Shown here piece by piece: positions 16,333-29,921 of a stretch of DNA of 64,000 bases (within the stretch, counting starts at the first letter, position 1; the number at the start of each line of letters is the position of its first letter). The notes below the pieces were generated by a model, which worked only from the letters and a program-made list of their open reading frames with translations, was not told the DNA's origin and searched no databases. The stretch spans positions 78,058,001 to 78,122,000 of the forward strand of contig OX597819.1 in the NCBI GenBank assembly GCA_951406725.2. Reading direction: 5' to 3'. A program made the position numbers and the translations under genes. The DNA is from Octopus vulgaris (taxonomy: Eukaryota).

Positions 16333-16551
16333 ATCCTTTCTACGAGAGGCACAAGACCGGAAATTTGAGGAATTGAGGGGGCCAGTCGATTGCATCGACC
16401 CTAGTGCTCAATTGGTACTTATTTCATCGACCCCGAAAAGGTGAAAGGCAAAGTCGACCTCGGCGGAATTAGAACTCAAAGCGTAAAGACAAGCCGAATG
16501 CCACGAAGCATTTTTCCCGGAGTGCTAACGATTCTGCCAGCTCGCCGCCTT
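16333..16551 (-). mobile_element. SINE family A
   Basis: Reverse complement of AAGGCGGCGAGCTGGCAGAATCGTTAGC...GGTCGACTTTGCCTTTCA...; flanked by (AAT)n. Confidence 0.85.
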
Positions 16552-16582
16552 ATATTAATAATAACAACAATAATAACAATTG

Positions 16583-16800
16583 TGGAACGGTGAGCTAGCA
16601 GAATCGTTAAGCACGCTGGACGAAATGCTTAGCGGTATTTCGTCTGCTGTTCAAATTCCGCCAAGGTAGACTTTGCTTTTCATCCTTTTGGGGTCGATTA
16701 AATAAGTACTAGTTATGCACTGAGGTCAATGTAATCGACTTAATCCCTTTGTCTGTCCTAGTTTGTCCTCTCAATGTTTAATCCCCTGTGGGGAATAAAT
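16583..16800 (+). mobile_element. SINE family A
   Basis: Same head and central block; followed by (GAA)n at 16805-16911. Confidence 0.85.
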
Positions 16801-16910
16801 AAATAGAAGAAGAAGAAGAAGAAGAAGAAGAAGAAGAAGAAGAAGAAGAAGAAGAAGAAGAAGAAGAAGAAGAAGAAGAAGAAGAAGAAGAAGAAGAAGA
16901 AGAAGAAGAA

Positions 16911-17276
16911 GATTTTCTTCAGGTCGAGTAGCTCATCCTGCTCAAAAAATCCTTGAATAAGGTTTGTTTTAAGGATGATAAACAAAACACCTATGTTTCC
17001 AGAGGTGAATTCTTCATCCCTCAATAATTTCTCTCAACACAAGGCTATGATGATCCCCCATTACTGCTGCTCGTGATCAGAGATGCACATATCGTCAGCC
17101 ACTAAGAGACATGCTCAAATAGTTATGATCAAACAACTTACAACAAATCTGTGGTATCGAGCAAAATATTTGCTGTAGCCCATCTTTTATACCAAAACAA
17201 AACAATGTACATGATAACACTTCCAATTAGTTAAGATCAAGAGCCATAAGAACCACTGCCTGATACTACATCAGGG

Positions 17277-17282
<6 letters not shown>
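16911..17282 (-). mobile_element. Family D repeat, 5' part
   Basis: Aligns with the other family D copies; begins directly at an (AAT)n tract. Confidence 0.8.
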
Positions 17283-17622
<340 letters not shown>

Positions 17623-17664
17623 CATTATTATTATTATTATTATTATCATTATTATTATTATTAA

Positions 17665-17793
17665 TTCAATTTTGTTTATATTTCTTGTTGAATGTCTTCC
17701 CGAGACTTGGAGCAAAGAAACTCACTCTATACATTGGTAGGTTATTAAAGTAAACACACCAGATTGTTCATTTATAAAGTCAAGTTATGTGAC

Positions 17794-17846
<53 letters not shown>

Positions 17847-18135
17847 GTAAAAAGAACAAATAGAAAAAATGAAAATGATAAAGAAAACAAAAAATAAAGG
17901 GGAAAAAAGGAGATAAAATTTACAGCGTCAATGCATGACGTACCAATTAAAACAATCTTTTGTACCTCTTGCATGGATGGTAAACCAGGGATCATTCTCA
18001 AATAATTTTCAGTTCCTTTTTTGATCATTCCAAGTGCTCCTACAATCACTGGTATTGTAACCGTCTTAAGAGGCCACATCTTTTCGATTTCAATCAGCAA
18101 ATCTTTATATTTTCTGAGCTTCTTTTGCTGAGATT
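17665..18135 (-). mobile_element. R4/Dong-like retrotransposon 3' end (subfamily b)
   Basis: LIEIEKMWPLKTVTIPVIVGALGMIKKG...MQEVQKIVLIGT, typical RLE C-terminus; 3' end abuts (ATT)n. Confidence 0.8.
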
Positions 18136-18149
18136 ATCATCATTATTAT

Positions 18150-20212
18150 TCAGTGGTCTTAATTTTATAACGTGCTTCCACTGTCCCACCGAGCGTAGCT
18201 CTGTGTGCCTTGGGTATGTGCTGTGGTTTGCTGTGATGCTCTTATAATTACTGTATTGAAAGTGTTTTCCGTCAGATGTGTGCAGTGCCTTGTAGTGCTA
18301 CTTTCGTGTGTTATATATATATATTTGTTAATCCTTTTTTTTTGTTATGTATTTGTCTGAATGTTTTTTTTATCATACCTAACGCGCCTACTATGATGGG
18401 AATTGTTTCCATCTATAGGCTCCACATTCGAGTTACATCTATTTCCAGATTTTTGCATTTTGAAAGAGTCTCCGTTTCTTTTAGAGAAACATTGCCGTCT
18501 GTTAGTATTGATACATTGAGTAGAAAGCATTTTTCTTTCTTGGTTATCTCTGACAACTATATCCGGTCTATTGGCCTTAATTTCTCTGTGTATATTGAAA
18601 TATCTCCAAATATGGCTGCTTTTTCATTTTCTGTGACCTTTTCTGGCGTGTGCTTATACCATCTTATTTCTGTTGTTATTCCACAGTGTTGGTATAGCTT
18701 CCAGCGTATATAGGTTCCAACTCTGTCGTGTTTGTGAACTTATTCCTTCTTAGCCAGGACTGGGCAGCCAGAGACAATATGATTTATTGTTCCTTGTCCC
18801 TCTCCACATATTCTGCAGTTACTTGTTATGTTTCTTTTCATTATGTGTTATTGGTAATTTCTGGTGGGAGGCTTTGGTCTTATATTGCAATTAAAAATCC
18901 TTCAGTCTCTCCTTTGAGTCCTGAGCTTCTCAGCCATTGTTAAGATTTTTCTTTGTCTATTTCTTTTGTGTTTAGTTTAGCCCAGTATTTGCCATGAAGG
19001 GGCCTTTCTTGTCTTCGTCTTATCACGGTCCGTTGCTGTTCTAGTTTTAGTTTGGATTCCAATTATTTTACAGCTTTTATTATTTCTTCTTCTTTTTCTT
19101 CATAGTTATTAGGTACTATGACATCTTTTTAGTATTTCTCAGTTTCCTTAAAGACTGAAAACAGTTTTTTGGGGGGGTGGGGGTGTTTTGTGGCTATTTA
19201 TGTAAGTTTTCCTTGCTTCTGAAGTAGGCATTTTTGCAGTTCTGTGGTGGCTATTTTGTAATAGTTTTCTATCTGTATAAGGCATCTACCACCTTCTATA
19301 CGTTGTATATATAACCCTTCTAAGTCAGATTTTTGGTGGTGTATCGTAGATCCTGTCATTATTTTTCTTTTCTTGTTTTCCTGTCTATTTTGGTAAGTTC
19401 ATTTACTGTCCAGTTAAGGATATGGTAACTGTAACTTACAACTGGGATAGCTAGAGTGTTGATACCTATTATTTTATTTTTCGCATTGAGCTCTGTTTTC
19501 AGTATTAATCTAAATCGTCTATAGTATTCTTCTTTTATTTTCTCTTTCATTTGTGTATGTTGATACCTATTATTTTATTTTTCGCATTGAGCTCTGTTTT
19601 CAGTATTAATCTAAATCGTCTATAGTATTCTTCTTTTATTTTCTCTTTCATTTGTGTATGTTGTATCTAGTTCATTGATTCCTAAATACTTGTATATCTG
19701 GCTTTGGTCTAATTCTCTTATTTCATTTGCTTTATCTAGTGTGATGTTGCTACTCTTAACTAGTTTTCCTCTTTTCAAGGTTGCTTTGGCACATATTTCT
19801 AAACCAAATTTCATATCTATTTCTTTGGTAAATCCATGTACTGTCTGTAGTGATGTTTCCAGCTGTTTATCATTTGTAGCGTACAGTTTTAGATCATCCA
19901 TATATAAGAGGTAGATGATTGTTTTGCCGTAACAATTGTATCCGCATCCAGTTCTGTTTAGAACGTCAGATAAAGGTGTCAATGCCAAGCAGAAAAGGAG
20001 TGGAGAGAGCTTGTCTCCCTGGAATATTCCTCTTCTAATGGAGATGATTTTGGTTTTTATGACCCCTCTTTTGTTCGGAGCTGTATCACTGTCTGCCATT
20101 TATTCATAAAGTGTCATGTATTTTATGATTATTGGTGGTACCTTGTTCATGGCTAGTGTTTCTAGGATCCATGTGTGGGGAATACTATCAAAAGCCTTTC
20201 AGTAGTCGATCC
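18150..20212 (-). mobile_element. R4/Dong-like RLE non-LTR retrotransposon, 5'-truncated and decayed (subfamily c)
   Basis: RT motifs RRGIFQGDKLSPLLF and LLYMDDLKLY; YYRRFRLILKTELNAKNKI; CCHC CRICG..INHIVSGC..HDRVG; RPDIV nuclease motif. Confidence 0.9.
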
Positions 20213-20260
<48 letters not shown>

Positions 20261-20285
20261 CATCATCATCATCATCATCATCATC

Positions 20286-20341
<56 letters not shown>

Positions 20342-20351
20342 TATTATTATC

Positions 20352-21954
20352 ATTCCTTCGTAACACAGTGTAGGTAAAAATGCACCGGAGACTTTAGTCA
20401 TCTGTCAAGTCACAACAAGGACCTCAGACAGATAATACTTTCCTTAAGATATGTGCTGTGCCCAATAAGGCTGCTTTTTGCAAGACATCAATCTTGCATG
20501 GGATTTCCAGTTACCTTAAGAAGTCTTGACGTTTCAATGGGATTGAGCCCAACGCCCTGATCACCACTGGTATCACTTTTACATTACCCTCTCGCATTTG
20601 CATGCAGTCTTGCCACTTCCACTTTCAATTCGGAGTACTTGGTGATTTTTTTCATCATCTTTACTCTCAACATTCATGTCATTTGGTATGGCTTCATCAA
20701 TGATCTGACAGTATTTGTCTCTCTTATTCAATATGACAATATCCGGCTGACGGTGTTCAATTACACGATCCGTCTGAAAATCGTAGTCCTAGAGTATCAT
20801 CCTCCGGCATAATTTTACTTGGTATATGCTCTTACCAATTCTCTGTTATTTCATATTGGTATCTACGGCATAAGAGCCAATGAAGATACACACACTTTAT
20901 CGTGGCGGCGTTTGTATTCTTTTTGTGCAAGGCTCTCACATCCACTTACCAAGTGGGTCACATTTTCCACACTTTTTCCACAGAGTCTGTATTTCTGGGT
21001 GTCAGAAGTTTTATAGATGTTATACTTCACTGAATTGGTAGCGAGAGTCTGGTCTTCTGCAGCAATGATCAGACTTTCGGTGGTACGCTTCAACTCACCT
21101 CGCTCAAGCCAAGCCCACGATGCTGTGTTTTCCTTAACATCTTGTGTATTCCTTTCAAACTTTCCATGCATTCTCATTTCAAGAAAGCCTTCTTTTCTCT
21201 TCTTCTCAGCTCTTTGATTAAAGTCTGCCTTGCCAATCATTTCAAATGCATTTACACCATGTCTTTCGCGGCATATTCCAGTAGGTCTCCATCGATATTT
21301 ATCAAATACTCGGCAAGCATTCTCCTTTCACTCCTTATACAAAGGTCTGTACTAATTAGTCCTCAGCCACCATTCTTTCTTTTCATATACAATCTGTTTA
21401 CGTTTACTTTAGGGTGTAACACCCCATGCTGAGTCATCAACTTTCTCGTCCTTCTATCTAGTGTTGATATTTCCTCCTTTGTCCATTTGAAGATGGACGC
21501 ACTATACCTGACCACCGCAACTGCCCAGATATTCATTGCGGTAATCAAATTTTTGGCATTCAGGTTGGATTTCAACACCATCGCCACCCTTTTTTGATAC
21601 TCCTCGCTGACCGTGACTTTCATTTTCTTTGCGTAGAATGTCATCCAGCTCCAAAATCCTTAAATATCTATATCCACTACCATCGGATTCATCCATGGTC
21701 TCTCCTGATGGTAACCGCAATTCTCTGCAGGCTGCTTTCTTCCCTCTTTTCATATTAAGTACTGAGTATTTGGTGATCCCAGATTCCATACCGATGTCCC
21801 CACCACACTTCTGAACTGTTTTGTTTAAGGAATCTATCTGTTTTTCAGATAGGTTTTTTCAGATGGGTTGCCGATGTGGGAAGAAAGGCCCATCATTGAA
21901 CCATCTTCTGCATATGGATGACCTGAAATTGTTTGGGAAATCTGAAAAACAGAT
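20352..21954 (-). mobile_element. R4/Dong-like RLE retrotransposon (subfamily d) with inverted 5' segment
   Basis: LKSNLNAKNLITAMNIWAVAVVRYS; YRLCGKSVENVTHLVSGC..YKRRHDKV; DFQTDRVIEHRQPDIV; AALLGTAHILRKVLSV*; plus-strand HLLHMDDLKLFGKSEKQ at 21865-21954. Confidence 0.88.
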
Positions 21955-22016
21955 TATTATTATTATTATTGTTGTTGTTGTTGTTGTTGTTGTCATCATC
22001 ATCGTCATCATCACTA

Positions 22017-22229
22017 AGACGGCGAGCTGGTAGAATCGTTAGCATGCCGGGCAAAATGCTTAGCGGTATTTCATTCATCCTAACGTTCGGAGTTCAAATT
22101 CCGCCGAGGTTGACTTTGCCTTTCATTCTTTCGGGATCGTTAAATCAAGTACCAGTTAAGCACTGAGGTCGATGTAATTGATTAGTTCTCTCCCGCCAAA
22201 TCTCAAACCTTGTGTCTTTTGTAGAAAGG

Positions 22230-22230
<1 letters not shown>
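22017..22230 (+). mobile_element. SINE family A
   Basis: Full head and central block, tail runs into (ATT)n. Confidence 0.85.
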
Positions 22231-22301
<71 letters not shown>

Positions 22302-22305
<4 letters not shown>

Positions 22306-22672
22306 GTTTGACTTTTGCTTTATGTTTGTACAAGTTGGCTCCAAGTCTCACCCAGAGACCTCAAGAGACAGCAGGTTGGAAGTTCATGTTGTTATGCCTA
22401 GTGTGCTATATATTTGGGGGGGGGGTGTTGTACTAGTGAATGTCTAAAAAAAAACCGAAAATTATGTTTGTTTTAAACCCTGAGATTACATAGAAAGTAT
22501 TTTGCGTAGGATATGAGCAGTTCCCACGAGCACTATCTTTTGAATTTCTGCCATTTTGGGGTTTCCTGGTACCTGAGTTGTGTAGCAATCAGCCCCTTTT
22601 GCTATCATTCCCAAGGCACCTATGACAACAGGCATTGTTTTAGTCTTCAGGTTCCACATTTTGCTGATTTCT
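22302..22672 (-). mobile_element. R4/Dong-like 3' end (subfamily a)
   Basis: VPGNPKMAEIQKIVLVGTAHILRKILSM* plus 3'UTR; (ATT)n on both sides. Confidence 0.82.
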
Positions 22673-22930
<258 letters not shown>

Positions 22931-23336
22931 TCACATCATCATGACGATGAATGGAGGAATTTTTCAGAGCGTCGGACAAACTAACGTATGTTTCGTAGTT
23001 ATGATTTTTTAAAGTTCTAAGTTCGAATCCTGAAATCATCTTGCTTTTTTTAGTTTTCCAAGATTGATCAAATATGTACCAGGCAAACGTCAACTTCTAA
23101 CTTCATTTGTCCCACTCCTTCCTTTTATCTCTTCGCAACATCACCAACTATTTCATCTCACCTAACAGATTCACTGAGAACACGTTTATCTATCATTCTG
23201 CCTCTTTTGCATCCTCTTATTTCTCAGACCATTCTTCTGTAACTTTCTAAATTCCTTTTACTTCTTATTGTACACACACACTCTCTCTCTCTCTTCCTCT
23301 CTCCCTCTCTCTCTCCCTCTCACTTTCTCTACCACC

Positions 23337-23386
<50 letters not shown>

Positions 23387-24284
23387 CTTTCTTTGGCTTT
23401 CGTACTCTTGGAGAAAATCTGCTCTCTCTTCCAATTTTTCTAATTATTCACGCTTAACACTACCACAACCAACAAGACAGCTACCAGCACCACGCCACTT
23501 CCTCTTACTTCCTCTCAAGCCATCCATCTACATTTGACGTCACCACTCGTGCTACCACCTACGAATACCCCACACACTTGGCAGCCATATTTTGCTTCAA
23601 TGTACACTGCATGCTGTTGCTACTGCTGTTGTTACTGCTGCTGCTATTGTTGTTGTTGTTTCTCTGCTGTCGTCTGCCTACATCGTTTCATTCGTTAAGT
23701 CGACAATCTGCTTCCATTAGAGTAAACACTGATTAATGACTTCAATTCAAACAATTTTATCTGTTTATCAGGCGCTCAACAAAATGGACACCCCAGCTTT
23801 CAGTCAACGCTCTTTCTCTCCTGCGGAACTTAGTCTAAGTCATCGTTACATCGACCTGCAGTCAGCCATTTTGTTGCTCGGTCAGGCGGTCGGAATATCT
23901 CATTTTCCCTTTCTCTCCCGGCCAAATTCTCTCCCTTTATCTCTCCCTTTCTTCATTTGTTTTTTCTTTTGTCAATGCGTTCATCCATCCACCATTTCTA
24001 TCGTTTTCTCGCGTCCTCTCTCTCTCTCTCTCTTCTCTGTATATATTTGTCATTGCACATACGAATACACACACGCAGTAGATACAGACAAACATAAACA
24101 AACGCTCACGAGCATATAAGCCTCACAAACACAGAAAAATCGCTTGTGGCAAGAAACTCTGAGTAGCAACAAAATGAATCCTCAGCTTCGAACAAATAAG
24201 TAAATTCTACTACTGCAATTAAAACCTTTCCTTTTGCAATTGTATATATCAATGCATCTCTCAGCCAGTCTCCCTCACTGCAAG

Positions 24285-24316
<32 letters not shown>

Positions 24317-24364
24317 TGTATGTATGTATTATGTATGAACATTTTTTTTCTCCCTCCGTTTTTT

Positions 24365-24495
24365 TTCAATCTTGTTCTTCCTCTTCATCCTTTCTATCGA
24401 AGAGCGTACCCCTGAAACGGTAAAAGGCTTTTTTCGTTCTTCCCGAGCGTTAAACTACCACACCTGCTTTGTCTTCTGTAAATTTGAACTATATT
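24365..24495 (+). mobile_element. Degraded solo PLE terminal fragment with decayed hammerhead-like motif
   Basis: CCTTT-CTATCGA-AGAGCGTACCCCT-GAAACGGT-AAAAGG...CCCGAGCGTTAAACTA aligns with 48841-48915. Confidence 0.6.
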
Positions 24496-24528
24496 TGTAT
24501 GTATGTGTGTGCACGTGTGTGTGTGTGT

Positions 24529-25078
24529 GTAAGGAAAATAGGACAAGGTAGAAAATGCTAAAATAATTTTATCATAAAGAACCTTTTAGTACCGGTTTCA
24601 TTCTTTGAATGAAAAACAGTTAAACTGTGGAGAAATTAAATTAAATGAAGTGTTTTTTAAAAATATTTCCATAGTTTTCAAATACGCGGAACATTTTCCT
24701 TTTTCTGTCTGTCTGTCTGTCTGCCTCTTTGTTTGTCTCTCTATCTCTCTCTCTTACTTTTGTGAAGGCTCGGTAGGTAGGTAGGTAGGTAGGTAGTAGC
24801 AGATTTGAAAAAAATATTTAATTTCTTTAGATCTGCTACTGCCTACCTGCCCACTGAGCCTTCACAAAACTAAACGAGAGAGAGACAGAAAAAAGGAAAA
24901 TGTCCCACGTATTTGAAAACTATGAAAATATTTTAAAAACTTTTCATTTAATTTTTCCACAATTTAATTTCAAGCTTTACTCTAAGTTGAAAAGCTCGCT
25001 AAGGCTGAAACCGGTACTAAAATGTTCTTCCTGATAAAATTATTTGAAAATTTTCTACCTTGTCTTATTTTCCTTATA
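24529..25078. repeat. Imperfect ~550-bp inverted repeat, probably head-to-head PLE terminal fragments
   Basis: Arms pair, e.g. AAGGAAAATAGGACAAGGTAGAAAAT / ATTTTCTACCTTGTCTTATTTTCCTT and TTTTGTGAAGGCTC / GAGCCTTCACAAAA; centre about 24815. Confidence 0.85.
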
Positions 25079-25109
25079 CATATCAGCTCGTGTGTTCCTT
25101 TTCAAACTT

Positions 25110-25293
25110 CTGCATGATAGATCGTTAGCCACTACACACATTTTTTCTCTCCTTGTTTTTTCTGTGTCCCTTTCTGTAGAAGAGCGTAGGCTCGAAATAT
25201 AAAAGACTTTTTCTATTCCTGAGCGTTATACTAATACATCAGTTTGTTTTCTACACCATATGTCTTCGTCTTTTGTTTTTTTCGTAAACTTTT

Positions 25294-25297
<4 letters not shown>
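25110..25297 (+). mobile_element. Solo PLE terminal fragment with hammerhead motif (25168-25207), ending in (TA)n
   Basis: Colinear with 48770-48977; CCTTT-CTGTAGA-A-GAGC-GTAG-GCTC-GAAATAT-A-AAAGAC. Confidence 0.82.
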
Positions 25298-25350
<53 letters not shown>

Positions 25351-26376
25351 TATATAGATATAGACAAATAGAGAGATACATATATATGTATATACACATG
25401 CATGCATATACATGTAAATGTACGTACGTGCGTACATACATACATACATACATACATACATACATACATACATACATACATACATACATACATACATACA
25501 TACATAGCCAGAATGAAGAAATAATAGTTCATTTTTTGGATGTACATGGAGATCTAAAGAATTTCAAACAACTTATCAACTCCCAGCGAAGAGAATACGA
25601 CGATAGCTACATCTACTATCATGTATTATTTTTGTGGCTTAATGCGAGATCCTTGATACAAATCTCTGGCACACGATTCGATTGTCTGGCACGCAGTGCT
25701 CCGACAAAATGGTCGCTTCAAATGGTATATAAAACCAACTTTATATCTCAGCACAAATTTTATCCTGTAACCTCTTCTCTATCCTCTTTCGTAGTCGCCG
25801 CGTCTCCTTGTTCTCTCTCAAAGACGATCACGTGTGTTTTGATCGATGCCATTTCGTCTAAAAAACTCTGATTGCAGTTCTGAAAGTTATGTTTCGCAGG
25901 CAGATGTCAAACGTTTAAATCGAATTCTTCACTTTTCATGATCGCTGCAACTTCAAATCAGAATGAATGGCCGATAATATTTTCTTCTTCGAGAATATTA
26001 ATCCTTCAAAGTGTACCATTTCTCTCGTGAATAAAAAAAAAAGAAACTCATAAAACTCATTGTTAGTGGAAACCTTTTCTATAAGCTGTACACTTCATTA
26101 TAAGGACAGACCATCGATCAGTTGTTTTCATGTATGGCAATAAGAAGGAAGAAAAGATAAGAACCAGGAGACTTAAAGATGGCGAATCGAACTCTCCTAT
26201 TTTCGCTTTCCTATTTACTGTTCTAGTAGGAATAAATACTACTGCAGTTAGTATCTCAAGTGTCTTCTCTGGTACGACAGGTGAGCGACCTGACTTGGAA
26301 TTCTTGCATGGCATACTGTGTCATCCTGACATCATCGTTAGAATGATGCATTTTGTTCATCCAAAGAATCTATCGT

Positions 26377-26622
26377 GGAGGCGCGTGGCTTAGTGGTTAG
26401 GGTGTCAGCATCATGATCGTAAGATTGTGGTTTCAATTCCTGGACCGAACGACGCGTCGTGTTCTTGAGCAAAACACTTCACTTCACGTTGCTCCAGTCC
26501 ACTCAGCTGGCAAAAATGAATAACTCTGCGATGGACTGGCATCCCGTCCAGCTGGGGAACACATACGCCATAGAAACCGGGAAACCGGGCCCATGAGCCT
26601 GGCTAGGCTTTAAAAGGGCACA
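26377..26622 (+). mobile_element. tRNA-headed SINE (family C head, CTGCGATGGACTGG tail module)
   Basis: GGAGGCGCGTGGCTTAGTGGTTAGGG head, GTGTTCTTGAGCAAAACACTT block. Confidence 0.85.
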
Positions 26623-26739
26623 TTTTTTTTTTTATTAAAGAATCTATCATTTTTGCTCGAAGGTAGCAATAACTTAATGCCAAACATGCATCGAACTTTA
26701 GTCGAGGTTTTATTTCGCTATATGGACGTTTGACTAGAG

Positions 26740-27100
26740 CAGTACTATTTGAACGGCTTGGAGTGGGTTTAAAGCCTCCTTCCCTTACTTCTGTTTCTCT
26801 TGACTGGCATTGACTATCATTGATGAGTACTCTCGCTTTTCTTTCACTTATGTCTTTCTGATGAAGTCTTCCACTGTTGTCGATTGTTTCCAACAGATCT
26901 GCGCCATCTTTATTAAGCATTTTCTAATATATCCCAGCTGTAGCTCTTTTCTAAGCGACGAGCTGCGACAATACTTGCACGAAAACAACATCCGTAAAAG
27001 TACGATTGCTTACCAATGATTGAGTAGAAGGATTCGATCCACACCACTCTTTACTTAGACCGCCATCATTCACAGAAAACCAAAGGCTTCCAGATCAATG
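26740..27100 (+). pseudogene. Decayed Gypsy/Ty3-type integrase core fragment
   Basis: LTIIDEYSRFSF...STVVDCFQQICAIF...SSFLSDELRQYLHENNIRKS resembles the rve core; 25780-26350 may be further pol relic (weak). Confidence 0.6.
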
Positions 27101-27619
27101 AGTAGAAGAGTGTTCTGCTTCATATTCTCTCTTCTTTCAGATCATTACTGTGCTTTTCCACCAATGTATGTCCACATGTACGAAAAGCATAGATATCAAC
27201 TTATAGCATGAAAAGCGCTCGCGCAAAACCACACCACCAATTAAATAACGATACTAATGCTGAGGAAGTGAATCTGCTCGTACGTAACTCAAAAGAATCG
27301 ACAGCTTCAATGCAACATCCATTTTTTTTCTTTCGGATAGTCTTCCAAACTACAAAGAATGATAAATACTCCCATATGGTACCACATTACCATTGATGGT
27401 TGCCAAAACAACAGCGAGAGTACTGAATGCGCCTGGATCGCAATCGAATAAGTGAAGTTGAAGAGCTTAAGTAAACAGCAAGAAAAAGTAGATCCTGTCA
27501 AATTCGAAATTGAGAAGTTTAGCTCGATCTTTATTCGGCCTAATTCAACAAAGGTTTCGAGTCAGGCACTTCCTTCATTTGCATACAGCAGGAGACTAAG
27601 ATTAACCTAATATTAACAA

Positions 27620-28162
27620 ATATTGGTTCCAAATTTTGGCACAAGGCCAGCAATTTCGGGGGAAGAAGTAAGTTGATTACGTCGACCCTCAGTACTTAAC
27701 TGGTACTTATTTCCTCGACCCCGAAAGGATAAAAGGCAAATTCGACTTCAGCGAAATTTGAACTCAAAGCATAAAGGCAGACGAAATGCTGAAAAGTATT
27801 TTACTTTAGATAAAGGCCCCCTTCAATCATAAATGACCATGAGATTGCACCTTGAAAGTGTCCCTCCGAGGTACAAGTCCGAGCAAGGTTGATTATAGAG
27901 GACCAGCAGTCGCCCATGCATACCAGCCTCCTCTCTTCATGCCACTGACGTTATCCAAGAGAAAAGCAAAGGCCGATGCAGCTTGGCACCAGTGACGTCG
28001 CAACTCATTTCTACAGCTGAGTGAACTGGAGCAACGTGAAATAAAGTGTCTTGCTCAAGAACGCAACACACAGCCCGGTTCGAGAATCGAACTTACTACA
28101 TCATGAACCCGTCGCTCTAACCACACTGAGCCATGCTAACGATTCTACCAGCTCGTCGCCTA
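27620..28162 (-). mobile_element. SINE family A interrupted by a family C SINE (27815-28135, minus)
   Basis: Family A head at 28135-28162 and body at 27620-27800 flank a family C copy matching 43397-43728. Confidence 0.8.
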
Positions 28163-28389
28163 TATAACAAATGTTAACTCAATTTTCTTCAATATTTGGC
28201 GAGAACGAATTTTACGTACACCATTTCAACTCCTCTTCCGTTCACTCTTTAACTCACTGCTGTATTCTTTTGAAGGACCCAGTACAGCATTACTACACGA
28301 CATTACAGTCTTGCATATAAGCTCTACTTCCTGGTAATGTTCGTCAACTATTTGTTATCCTGAACTGCGGCTAATTTACCGTATGCATC

Positions 28390-28521
28390 CATCATCATCA
28401 TTGTCGTCGTCGTCGTCGTCGTCGTTGCATCCGCCGTTTTCATCATAGCAGCAGCAGCAGCAGCTCTTCCTCTACTTCTGCTTCTTAACCGTCCTCCTCC
28501 TCCCCATCACCATCGTCGTCG

Positions 28522-28558
<37 letters not shown>

Positions 28559-28572
28559 TGTCGTCGTCGTCG

Positions 28573-28613
<41 letters not shown>

Positions 28614-28623
28614 GTCGTCGTCG

Positions 28624-28675
<52 letters not shown>

Positions 28676-29180
28676 TGTCGTCGTCGTCATCATCATCATC
28701 ATCATCATCATCGTCATCATCATCATCATCATTGTCGTCGTCGTCATCATCGTCGTCGTTGTTGTCGCCATTGTCGTCATTGTCATCGTGGTCGTCGTCG
28801 TCGCCGTTTTCATCAGTAGCAACAGTAATCTCCCTCCTCCCCTCCTTTTGCCTTTTAATCTTCCTCCTCCTCATCCTCCTCTTCACCCTCCTCCTCATCA
28901 TCATCATCACCGTCGTCTTCGTCGTCGTCGTCGTCGGTATAGTCATCAGCTTCATCGTTTTTGTCATCATCGACATCGTCGTCGTCGTCACCACCATCAC
29001 CGCCCCCACCACCACTGCCCCCGTCTTTCCGTCGCCATTATCATCAGTAACAGGAACCTGCCTCACCTCCACCTTCTTTTCCTCCTTTTCCCTCGTTTTT
29101 CCTCATCCTTCCCCCCTCTTTTTCCTCCTCTCTCTTCTCCACCTTTTCCTTTTGGTCTCCTCTTCCTCGTCCTCCTCTTT
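28390..29180. repeat. (CAT)n/(CGT)n/(CCT)n trinucleotide field
   Basis: Source of the poly-D/S/M pseudo-ORFs. Confidence 0.92.
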
Positions 29181-29341
29181 GTCCAAATCATCACGATCAC
29201 TCCCATATTCAGCGAGTAACACTCTTTGTAAGCGACAACTGGAAGGGGAAATAACCCGGAGAGGCCATTCCTGTGATAAATGCATATGACATCAACAGGA
29301 AAGCGGAATCATTGTCTATGGAAGCTTGGGATGAAGTGTGA

Positions 29342-29584
29342 CTTTACTCTTTTATTTGTTTCAGTCATTTGACTGCGGCCATGCTGGAGCACCGCCTTTA
29401 GTCGAGCAAATCGAGCCCAGGACTTATTCTTTGTAAGGCTAGTACTTATTTTATCGGTCTCTCTTACCGAACCGCTAAGTTACGGGGACGTAAACACACC
29501 AGCATCGGTTGTCAAACGATGTTGGGTGAGGGACAAACACAGACACCCAAACATATACACACACATCCACACACACACACACAC

Positions 29585-29625
<41 letters not shown>

Positions 29626-29921
29626 AAGGGCTTAGTAAAATAAATTACTTTGCCGCATACTGAACTCATTAGAAATAGCAGCTAAAAAACTTTTTTAAAA
29701 CCATTTCTAATACTTAAAGAAAATTTTCTTTAAGTATTAGAAATGGTTTTTAAAAGTTTTTTAGCTGCTATTTCTAATGAGTTCAGTATGCGGCAAAGTA
29801 ATTTATTTTACTAAGCCCTTTATATATTGTAATAATTTGAATTCGCCTTAAATGGTCCCTTTGCATACTGAACACTTGGTGAAATTAATTAATAATTAAT
29901 TAATTTTACCCTCAATTGTTG

